Assembly: GCA_947626655.1 (NCBI GenBank)
Contig: CANQTA010000002.1
Coordinates: 1-62,309 of the forward strand
Origin: an uncultured Bacilli bacterium
GTDB lineage: Bacteria; Bacillota_I; Bacilli_A; RF39; UBA660
DNA: 62,309 nt
Direction of reading: 5' to 3'
Part shown: one piece after another, positions 54,910 through 62,309 of the stretch
Layout of the letters: every line of letters begins with the position of its first letter
Position numbering within the stretch: position 1 is the first letter of the stretch
Notes under the pieces: generated by a model
What the model saw: only the letters and a program-made list of their open reading frames with translations
Databases searched by the model: none
Told to the model about the DNA's origin: nothing
Made by a program: the position numbers and the translations under genes

Positions 54910-55958
54910 TAGTCGTCCTCCCTCCGATCAAAATTTTCTAATTCCCGCAAATCTGTTTGATAAAATGTTCTAATATCATTGATACCATATTTAAGCATCG
55001 CTAATCTTTCCGCCCCAAAACCAAAAGCAAAACCAGTCCATACTTTCGGATCATAACCACAATTTCTTAACACATTAGGATGCACAATCCCTGCTCCACT
55101 AACCGTAATCCAACCAGTATTTTTACATAAACTACAACCCTTACCTTTACATGCAAAACAAGAAATATCTGTTTCAACACTAGGCTCTGTAAATTGATAA
55201 TAACTTGGTCTAAATCTAGTTACACAATCTTCTCCAAATAGCTTTTTAGCAATAACATCAAAAGTACCTTTTAAATCTGATAAACTAACATCTTTATCTA
55301 CTAATAAACCCTCTATTTGCATAAATTGATGAGAATGAGTTGCATCATCAGCATCTCTTCGATAAGTTTTACCAGGACAAATCATCCTAATGGGTTTATC
55401 GCCCCCACTAGCAAGCATTACCCGCGCTTGCACTGGACTAGTTTGACTCCGCAATAAATAATCTTCATCTTTAACATAAAAAGTATCTTGCGCATCACGA
55501 GCTGGATGACCTTTTGGAATATTCAAAAGCTCAAAATTATAATGATCTTCTTCTATTTCTGGACCATCAACTACATCATAACCCATGGACATAAAAACAC
55601 TTTCAACTTCTTCAATAATTTTTTCCAAAATATTAGGAGCCCCATTTTTTATTTTAGTTCCTGGTAAAGTTACATCAACTGCTTCTTTAACTAACTTTTC
55701 ATTAATCGCTTTTTCTTCTAATTCTTTTTTAATTTTTTCAAAGTTTTCATTAAAAATATTTTTTACTTCATTTAAAGCAATTCCAAAATCTTTTTTATCT
55801 TCATTAGGTATTTCTTTAATCATACTACTAAGTTCTGTAATCTTACCATTTTTCCCCATATACTCTATTCTTATATTTTCTAACGTTTTCAAATCACTAA
55901 TATTTGTAAAAACATTACTTAAACTCTTTTTTACTTCAGCTATTTTCTCTTTATACAT
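54909..55958 (-). CDS. pheS: phenylalanine--tRNA ligase alpha subunit
   Basis: HPARDAQDTFY and class II motifs (FRPSYYQFTEPS, GFAFGFGAERL). Confidence 0.95.
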   Translation of the reverse strand: MYKEKIAEVKKSLSNVFTNISDLKTLENIRIEYMGKNGKITELSSMIKEIPNEDKKDFGIALNEVKNIFNENFEKIKKELEEKAINEKLVKEAVDVTLPGTKIKNGAPNILEKIIEEVESVFMSMGYDVVDGPEIEEDHYNFELLNIPKGHPARDAQDTFYVKDEDYLLRSQTSPVQARVMLASGGDKPIRMICPGKTYRRDADDATHSHQFMQIEGLLVDKDVSLSDLKGTFDVIAKKLFGEDCVTRFRPSYYQFTEPSVETDISCFACKGKGCSLCKNTGWITVSGAGIVHPNVLRNCGYDPKVWTGFAFGFGAERLAMLKYGINDIRTFYQTDLRELENFDRREDD

Positions 55959-56750
55959 TTATATCTTCCTCTCTTCTCTCTCAGTTAACGGAAATAATCT
56001 ATATAACTCTTCATCACTTATCTTATATATTTTATAAAACCTTTCCGAACTATTAAATATTCTATTACAATTCTCTTTAGTTACTACTTCCCCCCGCGAT
56101 TCTAAAAATCTAACTCGAGCATAAGTTTTTTTCACACTTTGCATAATTTTCTTTGTATCTTTTATGATAATATCCTCTAAACCTAAACTTTTTAATAACT
56201 TTACTTTTTCCCGAATATTAGGAAAGCCATCACTAAATAATTGTGGATGCCGGACTGTCATATCATGGACTTCACTTTGGGTATAACCTAAAGACATAAT
56301 ATCAGTTATCTTTTGTTGTAAATTTTCTATACTAAGTTCTACAATAATTGAACATAACCCAAACATATATAAAACTTCTGTTTCTGTATATCCCAAACTT
56401 TCAATCCGTGCTAATCTTTCAGATAAAGTCTTTGTATTTCTTCCTAACATATTGGGACACATACTTATCATCTTGATAATTCTTTCTTGGGAATAATTTA
56501 ATTTTTCAAAATACATAATAACATTATTAATTAAATTACTAGATATAACTGATAACACTGGATATTTTCTAAAAACACAAACTACCCGTTCCCATTCAAA
56601 ACCATAAGAAGTAAACAACTCAATATTTTCTTTTAAATGTCTTACAATTACTTCTTCAGTATACTCATTAACTGTTTCATTTTTTACAATTTTATTAATT
56701 ACTGTTTCCGGAAAATTATAAGTTTTTAAAAATTCTCTAACCAATTTCAT
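55959..56750 (-). CDS. mTERF-like helical-repeat protein B
   Basis: Tandem units of about 30-35 aa of the type L..LG(Y/F)(T/S)..E(V/I)......P.(L/M)(L/F), e.g. IESLGYTETEVLYMF, IMSLGYTQSEVHDMTVRHPQLF, LKSLGLEDIII. The stop abuts the pheS start. Confidence 0.55.
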   Translation of the reverse strand: MKLVREFLKTYNFPETVINKIVKNETVNEYTEEVIVRHLKENIELFTSYGFEWERVVCVFRKYPVLSVISSNLINNVIMYFEKLNYSQERIIKMISMCPNMLGRNTKTLSERLARIESLGYTETEVLYMFGLCSIIVELSIENLQQKITDIMSLGYTQSEVHDMTVRHPQLFSDGFPNIREKVKLLKSLGLEDIIIKDTKKIMQSVKKTYARVRFLESRGEVVTKENCNRIFNSSERFYKIYKISDEELYRLFPLTEREERKI

Positions 56751-57141
56751 CTTCAACCTCATCAATAAGCCATGGTTCATCACTCAAAGCATTAATAATC
56801 TCAGTTCTACTTAAACCTAAAGCTAATTTTTCTCTAATATATAAATCTAATTCCCGAGCATCAATATTCAAAAACAAAGTATAAGAATCAAATATTACAT
56901 CTAAATTCTTAAACCCCATATAATTCATATAATATATTAATTCTTTTAATTCTTGACTATCTTTTTTTAAAAAATAAGGATTACCCACTATAATATTGTT
57001 AATATTATCTTGATTACACCCAATATTTTTTAATATTTTGATATTTACTTCTAAATTATCTAAAAGTGAATCATCAATAAAATCTACCATATTTTTAATA
57101 TCGATTTCTCTTATACCCATATTTAATAATTTATCAATCAT
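56737..57141 (-). CDS. mTERF-like helical-repeat protein A (134 aa from MIDKLLNMGI)
   Basis: LLNMGIREIDIKNMV, LKNIGCNQDNINNIIVGNPYFL, MNYMGFKNLDVIF, LALGLSRTEIINALSDEPWLI. The first 23 codons of the track ORF overlap the T-box. Confidence 0.5.
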   Translation of the reverse strand: MIDKLLNMGIREIDIKNMVDFIDDSLLDNLEVNIKILKNIGCNQDNINNIIVGNPYFLKKDSQELKELIYYMNYMGFKNLDVIFDSYTLFLNIDARELDLYIREKLALGLSRTEIINALSDEPWLIDEVEDEIG

Positions 57142-57350
57142 CAAATCACTTCTTTCTAAAAAAAATTTCATAAACATCGGTAAAGGACGAAACATAATCC
57201 GCGGTACCACCTTTATTTATGAAATTATCATACTCTTTAATTCGTAATGTGAATCACTCTTAAAATACTCCATAATTCGAAATTCAATTAATTATTTATC
57301 TAAAAATACTTTCACCAATGTATTTTTTCTCTTATTAAGAAACTTAATTA
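57142..57350 (-). promoter_or_regulatory. T-box leader, probable Phe specifier
   Basis: Minus strand AAAGGTGGTACCGCG at 57200-57214. Stem I distal loop AATAC-ATTGGTGAAA-GTATT (GGTGAAAG = 57309-57316). AGAGA at 57328-57332. TTC at 57279-57281 in GAATTTCGAATT. Long helix plus T-run at 57158-57226. Confidence 0.8.
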
Positions 57351-57381
57351 ATTTACTATAATTATCTCATCATATTTTCTT

Positions 57382-57921
57382 TTAATAATTTTCAGCTTTT
57401 CTTTCAAAATAACTTTGTGCATGTTTACATACAGGACAAACTTCTGGGGCTTTCTTACCAACAACTACATGTCCACAATTACGACATACCCAAATCGTAT
57501 CACCTTCACTAGAGAATACTAAGCCTTCATCAATATTAGCAATTAATTTTCTATATCTTTCTTCATGTTCTTTTTCAATTTGACCAACACTTTCAAATAA
57601 ATAAGCAATTCGCTCAAAACCTTCTTCTTTAGCTACTTTCGCAAATTCTTGATACATATCAGTCCACTCATAATTTTCTCCAGCAGCAGCATCTTCTAAA
57701 TTAGTATGAGTATCAGGTACTTCTCCATCATGTAATTCTTTAAACCATAATTTAGCATGTTCTTTTTCATTATTAGCTGTTTCTTCAAAAATAGCTGCTA
57801 TTTGCTCATAACCATCTTTTCTCGCTTTACTTGCATAATAAGTATATTTATTTCTTGCTTGACTTTCTCCAGCAAAAGCTGCCATTAAATTAGCTTCCGT
57901 TTTTGAACCTTTTAGTTCCAT
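57382..57921 (-). CDS. rbr: rubrerythrin
   Basis: Ferritin-like ExxH motifs ([16 protein letters not shown]) plus C-terminal CRNCG...CPVCKH. Start at MELKGSK after AAGGAAG. Confidence 0.9.
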   Translation of the reverse strand: MELKGSKTEANLMAAFAGESQARNKYTYYASKARKDGYEQIAAIFEETANNEKEHAKLWFKELHDGEVPDTHTNLEDAAAGENYEWTDMYQEFAKVAKEEGFERIAYLFESVGQIEKEHEERYRKLIANIDEGLVFSSEGDTIWVCRNCGHVVVGKKAPEVCPVCKHAQSYFERKAENY

Positions 57922-58043
57922 ATCAACACTTCCTTCATTCAATTTAAAATTATAAAGCATTCTTCTTAAAAAGTAAAGATTTATTACTAAATTATTCTTT
58001 GTCTTAAACCTAAAAAAATATAATGCTTAAACTAAACATTATA

Positions 58044-58925
58044 TTATTTACTTTTCTTATCTTTTATTTTCTTTAAATCGTGATAAGCTTTCTCTAAATC
58101 ATCTTCTTTAAATTTAGGAATATCATCTTTAGATATTTCATCTCTAATCTTTATTTCTTTTTTCACTACATTGACTTTTTTCGTATCTTCTTCATCAATA
58201 TCTATTTTTAACTCTTTATCCTTATCATCTTCTAATTCTTTTTTCTTATCTTTTTTATTTTTATTACTATCTTCTTCATCATCTATAGTATTAGCCATCT
58301 TAATAATTTTCAAAATATCTTTAACAATAATATATAAAGCCGGTAAAATAATTAAAAGTAACCACCCCATCCGACTAGACAAGAAAAACTGAATATTTCC
58401 AAGGCCCGGAATAACTGCCTTAACTACACCAATAACATTACTTTCTTTAACACAAGCTTGGTCATCTTGCGTATTATTATCACCTCTAGTAATATAACAC
58501 AGTGAACCATCATCTAGAGTTTTTGTTCCAACCACCCGATGGGTAATAGTCATCCCATAAGTTACTTGCCATGTTGAAATAAACGTAATAACATCATTAA
58601 TTTTTATATCTTTAGGATCATCCACTTTAGTATTAATAATAACATCAAAAACATTAATCGTCGGTTCCATACTTTGTGATACTATGGTATAAACTGAAAA
58701 CTTAGGTTCAAACCGCTCACCTTTTGTTTGATACAATTTCAACGATACATAATAATAAACTAATAAAACACCCACAATAACAAGTATCACGAATAAAGTC
58801 CAACTAACTACTGTTGAAATGTATTTTAATAAACCTTTTAAATTGTAATGTGTTTCGTCATGTTTTCTATCCATACAACTCGTTCCTATTCTAAATTTAT
58901 TATATCCGAATTTTAAACCTTTCAC
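58044..58925 (-). CDS. signal peptidase I, SipW/archaeal type, with a K/D/E-rich C-terminal tail of about 90 aa
   Basis: IVSQSMEPTINVFD (Ser), GDNN box. Second TM, then a charged tail. Confidence 0.78.
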   Translation of the reverse strand: MKGLKFGYNKFRIGTSCMDRKHDETHYNLKGLLKYISTVVSWTLFVILVIVGVLLVYYYVSLKLYQTKGERFEPKFSVYTIVSQSMEPTINVFDVIINTKVDDPKDIKINDVITFISTWQVTYGMTITHRVVGTKTLDDGSLCYITRGDNNTQDDQACVKESNVIGVVKAVIPGLGNIQFFLSSRMGWLLLIILPALYIIVKDILKIIKMANTIDDEEDSNKNKKDKKKELEDDKDKELKIDIDEEDTKKVNVVKKEIKIRDEISKDDIPKFKEDDLEKAYHDLKKIKDKKSK

Positions 58926-58942
58926 AATATATTTAAATTATA

Positions 58943-59668
58943 TTAGTCATTATCTTTATATTCTATTTTAAATTCTGCTTCAATTCCCTTATCTAAATTA
59001 CTATCTTTAGTAAGCATAAATGTTTCACTCTTCCAATACATTTTTTTACTTGTCCCCGGTTCACCAGCAATTACATGATTAGTACTTACTTTTAACGTCG
59101 TTGTTAAACCAGCTATATCATAATAACTCCCCATCATCGGATTAAGAGTACTATCATTAGTAGAAATAACATTATTCACATATGTCCAATTTTCATTATC
59201 AAAAGAATAAGAAAATCTAACTAAAATATCACTGTCATTAGTAGCTATAATATGATATGGAAAATCATTCTTTTTAATATTATATTTAACATCAAAATAA
59301 AATTTTGCATCACTATCACTACTACTATTAGTATTAAGTTCAATACTCGTCACATTTTCTAAAACAACATTTTCTCTATTTATTATATCTTGTCCTGTAA
59401 TACTTCTTTCAATTTTACCAGTATTAGTAATAACTGCATTACCTTTATTAGTCTTTATTTCAATTATCTCTGAACTTTTTCTAAGGTCTTCTTTCTCTTT
59501 ATAGAAACCACCAACATAAACTAAAGTACAATATAATGTAAAACCAAAAAGAACTATTAAAATAAATAATAGTATTATATTACTATAATTTTGACTACGA
59601 CTATGAGCCACTTTTTTTATAGTTTTATCTTCTTTATCATCATATATTTTTGTACCCTTTTTATTCAT
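58943..59668 (-). CDS. N-terminally anchored beta-rich protein of unknown function
   Basis: ATG 7 nt after AAGGAG. TM IILLFILIVLFGFTLYCTLVYV. Confidence 0.5.
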   Translation of the reverse strand: MNKKGTKIYDDKEDKTIKKVAHSRSQNYSNIILLFILIVLFGFTLYCTLVYVGGFYKEKEDLRKSSEIIEIKTNKGNAVITNTGKIERSITGQDIINRENVVLENVTSIELNTNSSSDSDAKFYFDVKYNIKKNDFPYHIIATNDSDILVRFSYSFDNENWTYVNNVISTNDSTLNPMMGSYYDIAGLTTTLKVSTNHVIAGEPGTSKKMYWKSETFMLTKDSNLDKGIEAEFKIEYKDND

Positions 59669-59751
59669 GATGAATCTCCTTATTCTACTAAAGTATAGCA
59701 TATCTTAAAATTTTATTCAATAACCAAAAGAAAAAACAAGTAATTCCTTGT

Positions 59752-62163
59752 TTATTCTGTTCTAAGTGCGATAACTGGATCTTTTTTACTAGCCACTTTA
59801 GCAGGTATTAATCCTCCAATAACTGTTAATAAAACACTAATAATTACTAATACTATACTACCCAAAATAGGTAATTTGCATAATCCTGTTATATCAACTA
59901 AATTTTTTAAAACTATATTAATTGGAATACTTAACAAGAAGGTAATTAAAATACCTAAAACTCCTGAAGACAAACCAATTATAAAGGTTTCGGCATTAAA
60001 GACATGAGCCACATCTTTTTTACTAGCTCCAATACTTCTTAAAATACCAATTTCTTTAGTTCTTTCTAAAACACTAATATAAGTGATAATCCCAATCATA
60101 ATTGATGAAACAATTAATGAAATACTAACAAAAGCGATTAAAACATAACTAATAATATTAACAATAGTGGTTACACTACTCATTAAAAGACCAACATAAT
60201 CTGTATATTGAATCTTATCATTTTCTTCCTTACCATCATTATACTCCTTAATTAAATCTTGAATCTTCTCTTTATCATCAAAACTTTTTGGATATAAATT
60301 AATTGCACTTGGTTCATCTTCATTAACTATTCCTAAAATAGTTAAATTATTTTCATAAGTATCAATTCCTTCAAACTTATTACCAGTTAAAACATTTACA
60401 TCTTTATTATTTAATTGTTCTTTAGCAATCTCACTCTTATTATTTTCTTCTATTACATATTTAGTTAAAAGACTTGTATAACCAATACCTCCTGTTGTTG
60501 CTGATATAGCAGCTTCTTCATTAGGTTTAATAATTCCCACTACTTTTATTTCTTCACTTTTATCAATCAAATCTTTCATAAATTTTAAATCATCTTTTTT
60601 AGATATATAAATACCATTTTCTTTTTGATAAATTTTACTATTTAATACTAATTTATACTTTAAATTTAATATATCATCATAAGTATAAGTTTTATCAGTA
60701 GTTTCATATTTTTCACCACGCATCGTGCTTTGAAAAAGCTCATATAATTCATTTTTATCTTTTAGTCCTAAAGAATACAACGCATAATCATTAACAGCAT
60801 TATTCTCATCGACAATTAAAACTATTTCATTATAAGCATCAGGTAACCTACCCGCTACTATATCATATTGACTACTTAAAAGTTTCTTATTATCAGATAA
60901 TTCCATCCAAACATTATAACCACTCATCATCATATTAGACATTCCTAATTCTTCCATAATATTTGAAGGATTTATTTGATTTATTCCTTTACTAGTATCA
61001 CTATCATATATATTTAAATCTAAACTATAAACATATTTAATATCATTTACCAAATCTTTAATTTTAGCACTATTTTCGATATACTTCTTAAAATCCACTA
61101 AATTATTGGTTGTAACTTCTTTTGTTACCATACTCATCATATCTGTCATCACATTATTAGCATAAATTAAATCGTCTTCATGTTTTTCAGTATTTTCTTT
61201 AGCCATACTACTCATAAATGATGCTAAATCAACAGTCTTTCTTTCGATTGTTAATGGATAGCTAGTTAAAGTATCTCTTTGAACTTTAGCAATATAATCT
61301 TCTATTCCATTTGATAAAGACATAATTAAAGAAATACCAATAATCCCAATTGAACCCGCAAAAGCTGTTAAAATTGTTCTTCCTTTTTTCGTCATTAAAT
61401 TATTTAAACTTAAAGATACAGCTGTTTTAAATGACATATTACTTTTTTTCTTAGTTGCTTTTTCTTCTTCCTTTTTCTCTATTTCTTCATAAGGATTACT
61501 ATCATCTTCAATAACCCCATCCATAATTTTAATAATTCTTGTCGAATATTTAGCAGCCAAATCTGGATTATGTGTTACCATAATAACTAATCTATCTTTA
61601 GCAATATCCTTAAGTAAATCCATAATTTGAATACTAGTCTTAGTATCTAAAGCCCCACTTGGTTCATCAGCCAAAACTATCTCCGGATTATTCACTAAAG
61701 CTCTAGCAATTGCAACTCTTTGCATTTGCCCACCTGAAAGTTGATTAGGCTTTTTATAAATATGTTCTTTTAAACCCACACTTTCTAAAGCTTTAATTGC
61801 TCTTTCTCGTCTAGTTTTTTTTGGTACCCCACTCAAAGTTAAAGCCAATTCCACGTTACTTAAAACTGATTGATGAGGAATTAAATTATAACTTTGAAAA
61901 ACAAAGCCTATTTTATGATTTCGATAAATATCCCAATCATGATCAGTATAATTTTTAGTTGACACCCCATTAATTATTAAATCACCACTTGTATACTTAT
62001 CAAGACCACCAATAATGTTTAAAAGAGTTGTTTTACCACTCCCACTTGGACCTAAAATCGAAACAAATTCACTTTTTCGAAAATTAATACTAACTTTATT
62101 TAAAGCAGTTTGGGAAAAATTATCCAGCTTATAAACTTTTGTTATATTTTTAATTTCTAACAT
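59752..62163 (-). CDS. fused ABC transporter ATPase + FtsX/MacB-type permease
   Basis: GPSGSGKTT, LSGGQMQR, LADEPSGALD. Large periplasmic-type loop and C-terminal FtsX-like TM bundle. SD GAGGAGG. Confidence 0.9.
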   Translation of the reverse strand: MLEIKNITKVYKLDNFSQTALNKVSINFRKSEFVSILGPSGSGKTTLLNIIGGLDKYTSGDLIINGVSTKNYTDHDWDIYRNHKIGFVFQSYNLIPHQSVLSNVELALTLSGVPKKTRRERAIKALESVGLKEHIYKKPNQLSGGQMQRVAIARALVNNPEIVLADEPSGALDTKTSIQIMDLLKDIAKDRLVIMVTHNPDLAAKYSTRIIKIMDGVIEDDSNPYEEIEKKEEEKATKKKSNMSFKTAVSLSLNNLMTKKGRTILTAFAGSIGIIGISLIMSLSNGIEDYIAKVQRDTLTSYPLTIERKTVDLASFMSSMAKENTEKHEDDLIYANNVMTDMMSMVTKEVTTNNLVDFKKYIENSAKIKDLVNDIKYVYSLDLNIYDSDTSKGINQINPSNIMEELGMSNMMMSGYNVWMELSDNKKLLSSQYDIVAGRLPDAYNEIVLIVDENNAVNDYALYSLGLKDKNELYELFQSTMRGEKYETTDKTYTYDDILNLKYKLVLNSKIYQKENGIYISKKDDLKFMKDLIDKSEEIKVVGIIKPNEEAAISATTGGIGYTSLLTKYVIEENNKSEIAKEQLNNKDVNVLTGNKFEGIDTYENNLTILGIVNEDEPSAINLYPKSFDDKEKIQDLIKEYNDGKEENDKIQYTDYVGLLMSSVTTIVNIISYVLIAFVSISLIVSSIMIGIITYISVLERTKEIGILRSIGASKKDVAHVFNAETFIIGLSSGVLGILITFLLSIPINIVLKNLVDITGLCKLPILGSIVLVIISVLLTVIGGLIPAKVASKKDPVIALRTE

Positions 62164-62288
62164 CTAAAAACCTCCTCTTTAATAATATTTTATAAAACCA
62201 ATAATTATTATATTAAAGGTTTGTGAAGTTTTCAAGAAAAATGAAAAATAAATTTTTCATTCTATGAATTCCTAACGGAATTCTTTTT

Positions 62289-62297
62289 TGGTATAAT
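62289..62297 (+). promoter_or_regulatory. possible extended -10 element reading out of the window
   Basis: TGgTATAAT at the window edge. The preceding GAATTCC-TAAC-GGAATTC hairpin plus T-run (62266-62289) looks like a + strand terminator. Confidence 0.25.
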
Positions 62298-62309
62298 GAT
62301 ACTAATATA

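Noticed and set aside
55585-56037. 150-aa + strand ORF across the pheS start
   Set aside because: It is antisense to pheS and the mTERF-like gene, with S/L/I/F low-complexity composition.
57142-57210. N-terminal 23 codons (MVPRIMFRPLPMFMKFFLERSDL) of the 157-aa track ORF
   Set aside because: This stretch is the T-box core and U-run helix read as protein. The internal ATG at 57141 follows the leader, so the CDS was shortened.
35221-58392. Other short antisense track ORFs (35221-35412, 40511-40693, 47686-47901, 57038-57247, 58171-58392)
   Set aside because: Each lies fully inside and opposite to a longer, motif-supported gene. None has an SD.
1-62309. CRISPR arrays, IS elements, integrases, tRNA/rRNA genes, prophage structural genes
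   Set aside because: I looked for regularly spaced repeats, transposase- or integrase-like ORFs and GC-rich cloverleaf-sized segments and found none. The only regular repeats are the 3 x 14 bp (5901-5960) and the TTATGATAA words.

Overview
AT-rich Bacillota-like chromosomal segment, transcribed almost entirely on the minus strand. It uses the standard code: TGA ends the enolase ORF and Trp is TGG. Region 1-23.3 kb is an accessory island with no visible integrase or transposase. It holds an XRE-ImmA/PIN pair, a class B sortase with an NPKTA-signal substrate, and a small wHTH-like protein with a COG1373/DUF4143-type ATPase behind three 14-bp repeats. It also holds a decayed second PIN copy, a complete four-gene Wadjet (JetABCD) cassette and an orphan HipA-like kinase. 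A giant dockerin-bearing M60-like (HEVGH) exoprotein sits beside a cohesin-like membrane anchor, followed by a SWIM-finger protein. The island abuts tuf. Region 23.4-31.7 kb carries rplK-rplA-rplJ-rplL and rpsL-rpsG-fusA-tuf, but rpoBC is missing between them and is replaced by three small membrane genes. L11 carries an acidic tail of about 56 aa. The right half mixes housekeeping genes (eno, argS, htrA, pheST, rubrerythrin, FemAB-like, amidase, SipW-type peptidase, MacB-like ABC) with unusual modules. The first is a Phe T-box leader that precedes two mTERF-like helical-repeat ORFs placed ahead of pheST. The second is a DUF2828/vWA gene behind a consensus promoter and a three-helix leader, translationally coupled to a ribbon-helix-helix ORF that the ORF track missed. 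The third is a second unannotated RHH gene with a TTATGATAA operator array. The others are an Abi_2 gene fused into the htrA operon, a GLUG-repeat surface protein and a TetR/operator/thioredoxin-like unit. No rRNA, tRNA, CRISPR array or IS element was seen. All domain calls come from motif recognition by eye and need HMM confirmation.
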